Source of the DNA: a virus
Taxonomy: Duplodnaviria; Caudoviricetes
IMG/VR virus record: IMGVR_UViG_3300010885_021377
Location: 16,142-80,141 of that record
Length of the DNA: 64,000 bases
Strand: one strand, 5' to 3'
Shown: positions 1 to 9,694 of the stretch, in pieces
Layout of the letters: every line of letters begins with the position of its first letter
Position numbering within the stretch: position 1 is the stretch's first letter
Made by a program: the position numbers and the translations under genes
Notes under the pieces: model-generated
Told to the model about the DNA's origin: nothing
Databases searched by the model: none
Seen by the model: the letters and a program-made list of their open reading frames with translations, nothing else

Positions 1-2
1 CT

Positions 3-2147
3 TCCAACTGGACTAGTTGTTATTGTTGCTGATGCTCCCGCAATAGTAGTAATGGATCTGTTATTTGCTTCGGTATCTATTTTACGAATTCGATGATTGA
101 GATAATCTGCCACATATATAACATCAGCATGATATGCGATTCCATACGGCTGATTAAATCTGCCGACACTGGATAATCCATCTACTATACCCGCCGCATT
201 TGAACTATTTAATGGAGACCCTTGTCCGTACTCATTATACTTCCATATTTGATTAGTTACGGTTGCAAAATATGTATTATCAGGTCCGTTTCCAACTAAC
301 GGAATTGCGAAAGGATTTGATGGTGGTAATACTTGTAGACTACTATTAATAATAAATTTGGGAAGAACTATATTAGTTTGATTAAATCTTCTATTCTCAA
401 TTTCTGGAATTATTTTTAATATTTGATTATTAGTTGTATCACAAATTAAAAGATCGCCTTCGTTAGTTAATGCTACTCCCGAAGGATCGGCGTATACTGC
501 ACTTGCAATTCCGGTATTAGTTCCTATAGTCCATACTGAACCATAATCTTCTTTCCCTGTTGGACCCACTAATGCCATTCCTGCAAATCTAGACCAATAT
601 AATTCTTTAATTTCTTCTGTTGGATTTTCATCTAAATAATCACCTCCATATGGGATATATAATGCAGGATTTTTATACCCATCATATTTTACCCAAAATG
701 GAACTCTCATATAATTAGTTATTGGTGTGGAATATAAAGCATTTACGGTTCCAAATTTTTCAATTCCTAATAAACCCCATGCAATAACTTTATTATCTGT
801 AGTTATTGCTGCTGCATTATTTTGAGTAGACACACATTTTGCTAATTGTTTAATATATCCTTGTTCAGTTACCGTTTCTATCTGAGGATCTGATGCTCTC
901 CATGTAGATAAAGTTTTACTATAACTAATACTAGCTCCTTCGTTATAATTTACATTATCCAATGAACTCAATTTCATCTTTCCGGATACCCATTTGCTAT
1001 TTAAAAAATTTAATGTGTCACCAGCAGATACATTAGTAGATTTGATTTGCAGTCCAGTAGTTGTTATTTCGAGTCCTCCTTCGGGTTTAACAAATTCTGA
1101 ATGAACTTTTCCTATTTTTATAGTAGCATCTTCAATTTTTGAATTTGTTACTGCTCCTATGTCAAGATTTCCGCTTTTGACTGAATTTTCTGCTAATTTA
1201 AGATTGGTGACAGCACTATCATTTAATTTTTCAGTAGTAACTGCACTATTATTTAATTTATCAGTAGTAACTGCACTACTAGCTAATAGTGCAGTAGTAA
1301 CACTAGACAACGCAATTTTTGCGGTAGTAACTGCACTATTAGCTAATAGTGCAGTAGTAACACTAGACAACGCAATTTTTGCGGTAGTAACCGCAGTAGC
1401 AGCTATTAATTCCGTAGTGATACTAGTTAATGCTATTTTGTCTGTAGTAACCGCAGTAGCAGCTATTAATTCCGTAGTGATACTAGTTAATGCTATTTTG
1501 TCTGTAGTAATAGAACGATTTCCAATATCAATAGTATTAATTGTATTATTAGTTGTATTATTTGTTATTCCTGCTGCTAATTTTTCTAAAGTTATAGAAC
1601 CATCTTGTATATTATTAGTAGCTATACTACTCAAACCTAATTTTGTGTTAGTAATACAGGCATCTGCTAATTTTTCTGTTGTTACATTATTATTTATAAT
1701 TTTGGAAGTTGATACACTACTATCAGCTAATTTACTACCTATTACACTGTTTTCTCCTAATTTGGAAGAATTAATTGCTCCGTCATTAATTTTATTAACA
1801 GTGACACTATTATTTGCTAATTTATCAGAAGTTACACTAGCACTAGACAATTTTGAAGTTGATATACTAGAATCTGCTATTTTAACTTCAGTAATTGCGT
1901 TATCTCGAATATTACCAGTTGATACACTAGTTAATGCTAATTTTTCATTTGTTATTGATCCGTCACTTATTACGGTAGCTGTACTAAACTTAATAACAGT
2001 CGGATCGATATTGATCTCTCTAATGATATAGTCTTTAACAGAACTTAATTCAGTTTTAAACGTAGCATGCTCGTGATCTAATAATAGATTATCATATCCT
2101 GATAAATCATTATAATTTGTAAAATCTGTTATTCTTTTGTATATCAT
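3..2147 (-). CDS. Fibre/adhesin-like structural protein (runs off left edge): VTTxKxA repeat stalk, then RCC1-like and NHL repeats
   Basis: ATG at 2147 (MIYKRITDF...); read by eye as open to the window edge, so absent from the ORF track. Contains 10-aa repeats (AVTTDKIALT, SVTTEKLADA), AAAITTDNKVIAWG, and FNQPYGIAYHADVIYVADYSNHRIRKI (NHL). TAAATA box 5 nt upstream. Confidence 0.75.
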   Translation of the reverse strand, partial: MIYKRITDFTNYNDLSGYDNLLLDHEHATFKTELSSVKDYIIREINIDPTVIKFSTATVISDGSITNEKLALTSVSTGNIRDNAITEVKIADSSISTSKLSSASVTSDKLANNSVTVNKINDGAINSSKLGENSVIGSKLADSSVSTSKIINNNVTTEKLADACITNTKLGLSSIATNNIQDGSITLEKLAAGITNNTTNNTINTIDIGNRSITTDKIALTSITTELIAATAVTTDKIALTSITTELIAATAVTTAKIALSSVTTALLANSAVTTAKIALSSVTTALLASSAVTTDKLNNSAVTTEKLNDSAVTNLKLAENSVKSGNLDIGAVTNSKIEDATIKIGKVHSEFVKPEGGLEITTTGLQIKSTNVSAGDTLNFLNSKWVSGKMKLSSLDNVNYNEGASISYSKTLSTWRASDPQIETVTEQGYIKQLAKCVSTQNNAAAITTDNKVIAWGLLGIEKFGTVNALYSTPITNYMRVPFWVKYDGYKNPALYIPYGGDYLDENPTEEIKELYWSRFAGMALVGPTGKEDYGSVWTIGTNTGIASAVYADPSGVALTNEGDLLICDTTNNQILKIIPEIENRRFNQTNIVLPKFIINSSLQVLPPSNPFAIPLVGNGPDNTYFATVTNQIWKYNEYGQGSPLNSSNAAGIVDGLSSVGRFNQPYGIAYHADVIYVADYLNHRIRKIDTEANNRSITTIAGASATITTSPVG
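1261..1500. repeat. Two pairs of near-identical 60-bp in-frame tandem duplications
   Basis: 1261-1320 vs 1321-1380 and 1381-1440 vs 1441-1500 differ at only a few bases; each unit encodes 20 aa of the minus-strand protein. Confidence 0.95.
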
Positions 2148-2162
2148 AATTATATTTATTAG

Positions 2163-3329
2163 TTAACTCTTCCAATATGTGTCAGTATCCAATAGTATAT
2201 ATTCGTAATCTGGTATATCTGTAGATATTATGGTTTCCTGACCTACTACAGATAAATAAGCTTGTAAACTGGTAGTACTTCCCGCAACATTAGTTGCTAT
2301 ACATGCGTAATATTGTTGGTCAGAAAGTGCTACAGGATCAATGGATAATGTTCTACTAGTCTTATTTAAAATATTTCCTGTTCCTATTTTAGTCCATTGA
2401 TATGTTATAGGCTTTGTTCCTGAAGTATTTGCAACAAAAGTAACTCCTTGTCCAATACTTCTTATAGCTGATACTGGTTGTAATGTAAATACCGGTTTTT
2501 CGTTTACATATAAATATGCTTTATTAGAAGTAACTGATAGAAATATATTGGATAATATACAATCGTAATAACCTATATCTGATAAGCTAACATTTAATAC
2601 ACTTAATTCCACAAACCCCGTATCCTCAATTATTAGTGTAGTATAATTAATTTTATTTTTTCTCCATTCGGCAGTAATAGGAAATACTCCGGTACATGAT
2701 AAATTTATAAATACATTATCACCTATAGCAGATATTACATTTATAGGTTGTGTATTTATTTTAATGGTATTTAATATTTTTAATTCGGCTTCATTACTAG
2801 TTACAGAACCAAATGTATTGGTCACTGTAGCATAATATTTTCCTTCGTTATTGTAATAAATGTTATTAATATACAAAGTATTACTAGATCCTGAAATAAG
2901 TATATTATTTTTAAACCATTTATATATTAATGGTTCAGTGCCTATAGATGATATATTAAAGGTAATATTGCTTCCCGCTTCCGACAATACTGATAATGGT
3001 TGTGTTACTAAATAAGGAGATTCTATTACATCCAATTTTACAACATTACTTTTTATTTTAGTTTTATTATTTCCTACTATACAAAAATATGTAGCATCAT
3101 CTGTATCCCTGATGCTAGATAATAGTAAAGTATCCGTAATTTCTCCTAATAATGGAAAACTATTTTTATACCATTGATATACTAATGGTGCAGACCCTTT
3201 AATTTTTATATAAAAATTAAAACTATCTCCCGGCTTTTTTTTCCCGCCGACAGGTTGTATAACAATAACTGGAGACACATAAGCTATTATGTGGGTAAAT
3301 TTTCTAAAACTCCCATTTTTTATATACAT
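2163..3329 (-). CDS. Protein with four tandem I-set-like immunoglobulin domains
   Basis: Four units of P-x3-QP...Y-x-W-x-K...D/E-x-x-x-Y-x-C/A-x3-N, e.g. PLVYQWYKN...DDATYFCIVGN and PITYQWTKI...DQQYYACIATN. Confidence 0.85.
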   Translation of the reverse strand: MYIKNGSFRKFTHIIAYVSPVIVIQPVGGKKKPGDSFNFYIKIKGSAPLVYQWYKNSFPLLGEITDTLLLSSIRDTDDATYFCIVGNNKTKIKSNVVKLDVIESPYLVTQPLSVLSEAGSNITFNISSIGTEPLIYKWFKNNILISGSSNTLYINNIYYNNEGKYYATVTNTFGSVTSNEAELKILNTIKINTQPINVISAIGDNVFINLSCTGVFPITAEWRKNKINYTTLIIEDTGFVELSVLNVSLSDIGYYDCILSNIFLSVTSNKAYLYVNEKPVFTLQPVSAIRSIGQGVTFVANTSGTKPITYQWTKIGTGNILNKTSRTLSIDPVALSDQQYYACIATNVAGSTTSLQAYLSVVGQETIISTDIPDYEYILLDTDTYWKS

Positions 3330-3332
3330 ACC

Positions 3333-6257
3333 TTAAGGTTTATTGCCTAAATATTGCCAATTTGTACCATCGTATATAACTTGTGCGTATGTAATTTTGG
3401 GTATATTACAGATTTGCACTGAGGAACTATTATTGATGTTAATATCTGAATTTCCTGCTCCATTATAAATATTTTTAACAATGAATGTTAAACCTTTATT
3501 TATACTCGTTACCACTGGTAATGTTACCGTGCAAGTAGATCCTCCCCCATTAAAAAATAAATAAGTAGGAGATGCTATTATCAATGTTACTGCGGTAGTT
3601 ACTGATGCTGTCGATACCGGAACATACATAGTTTTCGTACATTTTAAAACTTCACTAGTTATTGTAGTATTCGAAACAGTTGGTATAGTTACGGTTCCGT
3701 CATTTGATATACTTAATGCATTATTTGTTGCTGATACTCCAAATGAAATTGTTCCCGTCCCGTTGGTAGATAATTTTATACTAGAATTAGATCCTCTTCC
3801 TTGTAGCCATAAAGAATCTGTAAACGAATCTCTATATATAACACTATGTCCACCAACACCGTCACGAAGTTCTATTAATCCTCCGTTATTAGAATCTCCT
3901 ATTGCTAATGTGGTCCTTTGATAGGTTTCGGATGCTGCTGATAATCCCCCAATTGTAAATATTGGTTGAGAATTTACAAAGGTTCTTGCGGTTTCTGTAT
4001 TATTACAATACCAACCAATTCTTCCTATTGTAGCATTTCCAGATTCTCCATTATTTAAAGGAGAAAACATACCAGTATCACCATCATCACCGAATGAATA
4101 ACCATTTGAAGATGTATCGGACGATGGAGATCCGTCTGGCTTTCCTTGTTTTACTCTATATCCATACGAACCAACATTTCCCGCAACTTCCAGTTTGTCT
4201 TTAGGATAGTGTAAACCATCCCCCGTTCCTATGCATAAACTACCTCCTTCTGTCAAGGTCATAGCTGTTATACCAGATACAACCCAATTTTGTGATGTAG
4301 TCCAAGTTCCGTTAGTAGTAAATCCATATGCCAATCCATTATTTGATTGTACTGTTCCTGAATTCGTCCCTTCGTTTACATTTAAAGATGTTGCTAACCA
4401 AAAACTACCAGAACCGTCCTTTCCGACTCTTATACGACTACCATCTGTTGTTATATTGCCATTAACATGTAATTTTTCAGTTGGATTTGCAATACCAATA
4501 CCAATTTTTCCATCATAAGTAATCCTCATTCCGGTATTACTTGCTGAAGAATATGGAGCTATTACAAGATTCGCTGATATTGACTCCGATTTAGTGCTTT
4601 GACCAGAAAAAATTATTGCTTGGTCTCCCATTTGTGTAATAGGATTATAATCACCAGTATACAGACTTACACCAAATCGCACCCAAGGATAATCTGCTGC
4701 ACTATTACTAAGCATTAATGGTGATATTCCTAATCCGCTACCAATTGGATTAGAATACTCGGATTTAACATGCAATTTAGTCAAAGGGGAAGAAGTCCCT
4801 ATTCCAGTATAACCTACATTAGTTATAACAAAAGGACTAGAATCTACGTTTACTTCATCTTCTACTAATAATACATTACCAGATCCTCGTTGTGTTATTC
4901 TTAATGCATCAACAACTCCAGAAGTGTCAATAACCATCGCACTTGTGGTTGTTATCGTAGTATCTATTTGTGTAGTATCTCCTAATACTGTTACATTACC
5001 CGTTACTAATAAATTTCCTTCCACATGTAATTTTTCGGTTGGATTCTGAGTACCTATACCAAAATTACCACTGCTTAACAAGGTTACAAGTTCAGCATTT
5101 CCTAGTAAATTAATAAATCTTACACGACTACTAAGTGATCCAATATTATCAGTATATGTATCAATAGCCCATGATGGGGCATTATCGTAGGGTCTTGCAA
5201 AATTAATTTGTCCACCTTCTCGATCCGTATTACCTCGATTAATATAGATATCTCCAGAGTATAGATTATTATCTCCACTTATTATTCCAGAAACTGTAAG
5301 TGGTTGAGATGGAGAAGTAGTTCCAATTCCAACTTTTCCAGAATTAGTAATTGTCATTCTGGGTAAAGTATTAGTTATTATGCTAAAATCTTTCTGGTTA
5401 GATTCTATAAATGTGTTAGAAAGTAATCCTCCGTTAACATTATTTGTACCAAGTCTTAACACATAATCAGATAATCCACCGGGTCCAGTATTATTAAAAG
5501 ATGATGCTAAATCTATATATGCTCCACACAGTCCAGACATTTGCATAGACGGACCCTTTACATTGTCGTCGTAATATACATACATATACGAGCTAGGATT
5601 ATTTGTAACAGTCATTCCTCCTGATACATGTAATGTATTAGATGGTGTTGATGTTCCTATACCCAATCTACCATTCTCATCGAATCTAGCCCATTCCGTA
5701 CCAGCAAACATACTAGTAAACACTAATGGTGCTGCGGAATCCGTTAAAACGGCTTTTCCGGATTCTATATAATTTTTAGCATGTGCAGAAACAAATCTTA
5801 ATGATGCATTGGGATCATTACTAATCGAATCTGTGGAATTTCCAACTATGATAGAAGATAAAAAAGTAACACCAGTACTACTAATACTACCCAAAATGTT
5901 AAACATTGGGGATTTAGCATAAATTCCAGTTCTAAAATCTAAAGTTAAAGTTTTATCCCCATTTCCAACCAAACCTCCATCGCTTATTATAGTTTCAGTT
6001 CCTTGTCCTGATATAAAATTAGTATAAGTAGTATCTCTTACATAAGAATTTTCACAATGTACATCATATCTTACATTTGCGGAGAGAATATCTATACCGG
6101 AACTAGCACTCAGTACTCCATTAATAATAAAATCCCCCTGAAATGGTTCGCTGGGCGAAGCAATAGGATCTATACCGCTATCAGGATATCCAATAGTGGG
6201 TGTAGTATGATGATTCTTTCTATGAAGTTTGTCATGAAATCGTGCATTACCTGCCAT
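3333..6257 (-). CDS. Tail fibre-like protein with repeated GIGTxxP modules
   Basis: Repeated GRLGIGTSTPSNTLHV / GKVGIGTTSPSQPLTV / GNFGIGTQNPTEKLHV; C-terminal TVTLP...YDGTNW motif typical of fibre tips. Confidence 0.7.
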   Translation of the reverse strand: MAGNARFHDKLHRKNHHTTPTIGYPDSGIDPIASPSEPFQGDFIINGVLSASSGIDILSANVRYDVHCENSYVRDTTYTNFISGQGTETIISDGGLVGNGDKTLTLDFRTGIYAKSPMFNILGSISSTGVTFLSSIIVGNSTDSISNDPNASLRFVSAHAKNYIESGKAVLTDSAAPLVFTSMFAGTEWARFDENGRLGIGTSTPSNTLHVSGGMTVTNNPSSYMYVYYDDNVKGPSMQMSGLCGAYIDLASSFNNTGPGGLSDYVLRLGTNNVNGGLLSNTFIESNQKDFSIITNTLPRMTITNSGKVGIGTTSPSQPLTVSGIISGDNNLYSGDIYINRGNTDREGGQINFARPYDNAPSWAIDTYTDNIGSLSSRVRFINLLGNAELVTLLSSGNFGIGTQNPTEKLHVEGNLLVTGNVTVLGDTTQIDTTITTTSAMVIDTSGVVDALRITQRGSGNVLLVEDEVNVDSSPFVITNVGYTGIGTSSPLTKLHVKSEYSNPIGSGLGISPLMLSNSAADYPWVRFGVSLYTGDYNPITQMGDQAIIFSGQSTKSESISANLVIAPYSSASNTGMRITYDGKIGIGIANPTEKLHVNGNITTDGSRIRVGKDGSGSFWLATSLNVNEGTNSGTVQSNNGLAYGFTTNGTWTTSQNWVVSGITAMTLTEGGSLCIGTGDGLHYPKDKLEVAGNVGSYGYRVKQGKPDGSPSSDTSSNGYSFGDDGDTGMFSPLNNGESGNATIGRIGWYCNNTETARTFVNSQPIFTIGGLSAASETYQRTTLAIGDSNNGGLIELRDGVGGHSVIYRDSFTDSLWLQGRGSNSSIKLSTNGTGTISFGVSATNNALSISNDGTVTIPTVSNTTITSEVLKCTKTMYVPVSTASVTTAVTLIIASPTYLFFNGGGSTCTVTLPVVTSINKGLTFIVKNIYNGAGNSDININNSSSVQICNIPKITYAQVIYDGTNWQYLGNKP

Positions 6258-6262
6258 TAAAG

Positions 6263-6282
6263 TATTTAGTGTATCCTAAATA
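6263..6282. promoter_or_regulatory. Back-to-back late-type (TAAATA) promoters
   Basis: TATTTA at 6263-6268 (minus-strand TAAATA, 5 nt from ATG 6257) and TAAATA at 6277-6282 (6 nt from ATG 6289). Confidence 0.75.
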
Positions 6283-6288
6283 ATTAGA

Positions 6289-8073
6289 ATGGGAGATTCA
6301 ACTTTTAATTTTTGTGTAGACGAATTATTCAATCCTAATTCTGATATAACTTGGTCTTTTCAATATAGTGTATCAGGAGGTACTGATTCTTCTGGATTGG
6401 ATAGTAATGTATTATTTTCTCCAATCACCGTCCCGATTGTTCAGAATTTCAATACTCAAGTAGTAAGTGTTACTACGATTGCTGGATCTACCGTAGGAGA
6501 TGTTAATGGAGATAAATTAACAGCAAAATTTAATAGTCCTGCCGGTATTATTTTAAATTCCGGTGTATTATATATAGCCGATTATTTAAATAATAAAATT
6601 AGATCTATAACTCCTTCTCCTACTACTGGTTTTGATGACCCTATTATTGCTACTTTCGCAGGATCTGTAAATGGATGGAATGATGCTATAGGTACTGCTG
6701 CTCAATTTTCTCAACCACAAGGAATGGATGTTGATAGTTCTGGAAAAATATTTGTTTGCGATTCCATGAATTCTACCCTGCGAATGATTGAACTTAATGG
6801 TTTGGTTTCGTCTATACCTATAGGGAGTGTATCATCTTCGATGCCTTATGATATAGTTATTAATGGAAATATATTTTATATTACTGATAATCTACATCAT
6901 TGTATTATAAAATACAATATAACAACTGGTGCGGAATCGGTATTTGCGGGTGTGCAAGGTTCTCGTGGTACTGCTGATGGGATTGGTGCAAATGCCAGAT
7001 TTGATTCTCCAGCAGGTATTGATATAGATTCCTTGGGAAATTTATATGTTGCGGATGCCAATAATCACAGAATACGTAAAATAGAACCTAATGGTAATGT
7101 TAGTACATTTGCCGGTTCTACCAAAGGTTTTAATAATGCTACAGGCACTGCTGCTAAATTTTCTGGCCCTTTGGGTTTGGTAGTTGCTAATAATGATGAT
7201 ATTTATGTGGTAGATGATTTAAACCAGTTAATTCGTAAAATTACTTCGACGGGAATTGTTACTACCGTTGCAGGTATTACGGGAGTGAAATCCAATATTG
7301 ATGGAGATTTAACTGTTGCTACTTTTAATAGTCCCATAGGATTATGTTATGATGATACTAATGATACGTTATATGTTACTGATGGAGGTTCTTCCAGAAT
7401 ACGAAAAATATCAATACCAAAACTAATTACCACACCCATTCCAAATGTACCAGCACCACCACCTCCTCCAAATATTAAAGGATCTACTGGAGGATTTTCT
7501 ACATTTCTTTTTAAAAATACAACATTAACTGGTGGAGGTCGATATAGTGGATTGGGATATGCGCCCTATCAAGCTGATTTTGGAGTAACAGATGCTATAA
7601 TTGGTATTATGTTTGCCAGTAATAATACTATAACTATAAAAAATCAAGATTTCGAAACCATTTACACTTCTAAAATTATTGATTCGTTATATCCATTCGT
7701 TAAAACTCATGATCAATTTAATACTATACGAATACATTTTACTAATTCTGGGAAAAATTTAATCATAGCTTTAAAAGATAATAATGATATTTATAATGAT
7801 ATTATTAATATAGAAACTGATTTAAATCTTCCCAAAATTACAGATTTATATAAAATAGGATTTTCATATTCGACTCCATTAGAATCCGATGATGATAAAG
7901 TAATAATAAAATTAAAAGATATACATTTCCACGGTAATTCGAAAATTTCTAAAACTACTTTTGTTCAAAAACCTCCAAGTAATATTAAATCAAGTTTTAT
8001 ATTACAATCACCATTAAGCGGATCGCTTATCATATCCTATAATAACAAAAGTATAGGTTCGTTAGTTTGTTAA
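6289..8073 (+). CDS. NHL-repeat (six-bladed propeller) structural/adhesin-like protein
   Basis: Six NHL repeats (e.g. FDSPAGIDIDSLGNLYVADANNHRIRKI) followed by a PAPPPPP linker. Confidence 0.8.
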   Translation: MGDSTFNFCVDELFNPNSDITWSFQYSVSGGTDSSGLDSNVLFSPITVPIVQNFNTQVVSVTTIAGSTVGDVNGDKLTAKFNSPAGIILNSGVLYIADYLNNKIRSITPSPTTGFDDPIIATFAGSVNGWNDAIGTAAQFSQPQGMDVDSSGKIFVCDSMNSTLRMIELNGLVSSIPIGSVSSSMPYDIVINGNIFYITDNLHHCIIKYNITTGAESVFAGVQGSRGTADGIGANARFDSPAGIDIDSLGNLYVADANNHRIRKIEPNGNVSTFAGSTKGFNNATGTAAKFSGPLGLVVANNDDIYVVDDLNQLIRKITSTGIVTTVAGITGVKSNIDGDLTVATFNSPIGLCYDDTNDTLYVTDGGSSRIRKISIPKLITTPIPNVPAPPPPPNIKGSTGGFSTFLFKNTTLTGGGRYSGLGYAPYQADFGVTDAIIGIMFASNNTITIKNQDFETIYTSKIIDSLYPFVKTHDQFNTIRIHFTNSGKNLIIALKDNNDIYNDIINIETDLNLPKITDLYKIGFSYSTPLESDDDKVIIKLKDIHFHGNSKISKTTFVQKPPSNIKSSFILQSPLSGSLIISYNNKSIGSLVC

Positions 8074-8092
8074 ATTTTACCTAAATACTCAT

Positions 8093-9691
8093 ATGTCCGA
8101 TACTTTTATAAATAAGTTACCAGAAGCTACGTTAACCGAAATTAAAAACGAAGATTATACTTTATTTGATATACATGATCCTAATAAAGGTAGTTTTACT
8201 ACCAAAAAAGTGACTCTAGATACGATTTCTGGTAAAGTAAGTTCTAATATATCAGGAGATTTTAATAGCCAACTTAATATTCTACAAACTAGTATTAATA
8301 ATGCTAATCAAAATATATTAAAGAAATTAGATAAACAAGGTTCTGATTTTGGTGCTTTAGAAAAAATGTCCGGTCCTTTATTAGTGGATTCAACATTAAC
8401 GGTGACAGGTTCGTCATCTTTTAATGATATATTAAATTTAAATACTCAAAGAATAATAAATCTAGCTACTCCATTATCTACATCAGATGCAGTAACTAAA
8501 AATTATGTAGATAATTTATCGAATATATATGTTCCTTTAACTGGAGGTTCTTCTAGCCAAATGACGGGTCCATTATTTCTATTTAATAATCCAACAAATC
8601 CGTCTCATGCTTCCAATAAACAATATGTTGATAATTTAAGTACTATTTATATTCCTAAGTCTGGAGGTATTTCCAATACAATGACCGGATTTTTATTTTT
8701 AAATGCAGATCCTGTTGATCTCAATCATGCCAGCAATAAAAAATATGTAGACGAAGCAATATTAACAGAAACTGGTAATATTAAATCTATAACGGATAGT
8801 ACATATTTAAAAAAAGTTACTGACAGTATGGATCCGAGTAGTTTCTTAACTCTAGGAGGAAATCCTATTTCGCCTAATCATGCTACAACTAAAAATTATG
8901 TTGATACTATTGTAAGTAGTGCTTCTTCTGTTTTAGTTACTAAAATCTATTCGGATGCCCATTATTTAAATCTTTCTGGTGGAAGCATGACTGGCCCAAA
9001 TCCTTTAATTTTAAATTCTGATCCTACTTTAATTTCTAATGTACGTCAAGCTGCTACGAAGAATTATGTAGATTCTAATATTAATAGATTATCAGGATAT
9101 ATATCTCTATCTGGAGGAATTATGACCGAAGGGTATATTACCGCACCCTCAGATAATCCAGCATTACCTAGAAGTTTAGTTACAAAAATTTATGTAGATA
9201 ATACTATTCAAGCTACGTCTAGTGTATTAGCTAAACAAGCTTATGTTGATACTACATTTTTACCTCTTACGGGAGGTACTATGCAAGGTGGTATAGTATT
9301 TAAAAATTATTCAGAAAAAATTACTGCGGTAGCTGGTTCTGGAAATGTGACATTATCCATGAGTAATTCTAATACCTTTACAATTAATTTGATGGGAAAT
9401 ATTACTGGTTTTACATTAACTGACATTCCTTTAGAATCTTTTACTATAACTTTAGTAATAACTCAAAAAGGTGCTACTCCTCCCACTCCAGTTCCGGGAC
9501 TTATGATAGATCCTCCTCCGGGAGGTTGGGGTCCATTTAATATAACAAATTGGACTATAAATGGAGTATCTGTTCGGTGGGCATTTGGATTTTCTCCTAC
9601 CATTACTAATACTATAAACAAAGTAGATATTATTACTTTAACTAAAGTCGGAGACATTTGGTTTGGTTTTATAGGTGGACAAAATTTTTAA
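8093..9691 (+). CDS. Tail fibre-like protein with HAxNKxYVD / LxGGxMTG repeats
   Basis: About eight repeats of P...(H)A(S/T)xKxYVD alternating with YxPLTGGxMTG; C-terminal VRWAFGFSPTIT...DIITL domain common in phage fibres. Confidence 0.7.
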   Translation: MSDTFINKLPEATLTEIKNEDYTLFDIHDPNKGSFTTKKVTLDTISGKVSSNISGDFNSQLNILQTSINNANQNILKKLDKQGSDFGALEKMSGPLLVDSTLTVTGSSSFNDILNLNTQRIINLATPLSTSDAVTKNYVDNLSNIYVPLTGGSSSQMTGPLFLFNNPTNPSHASNKQYVDNLSTIYIPKSGGISNTMTGFLFLNADPVDLNHASNKKYVDEAILTETGNIKSITDSTYLKKVTDSMDPSSFLTLGGNPISPNHATTKNYVDTIVSSASSVLVTKIYSDAHYLNLSGGSMTGPNPLILNSDPTLISNVRQAATKNYVDSNINRLSGYISLSGGIMTEGYITAPSDNPALPRSLVTKIYVDNTIQATSSVLAKQAYVDTTFLPLTGGTMQGGIVFKNYSEKITAVAGSGNVTLSMSNSNTFTINLMGNITGFTLTDIPLESFTITLVITQKGATPPTPVPGLMIDPPPGGWGPFNITNWTINGVSVRWAFGFSPTITNTINKVDIITLTKVGDIWFGFIGGQNF

Positions 9692-9694
9692 TTT

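Noticed and set aside
1261-1500. Repeats as a CRISPR array or DGR template/variable region
   Set aside because: Units are contiguous and in frame, with no unique spacers, no adenine-specific mismatches, and no cas or reverse transcriptase gene in the window.
1159-2031. 290-aa plus-strand ORF
   Set aside because: Antisense shadow of the repetitive minus-strand fibre gene; no promoter, and the periodicity mirrors the real protein.
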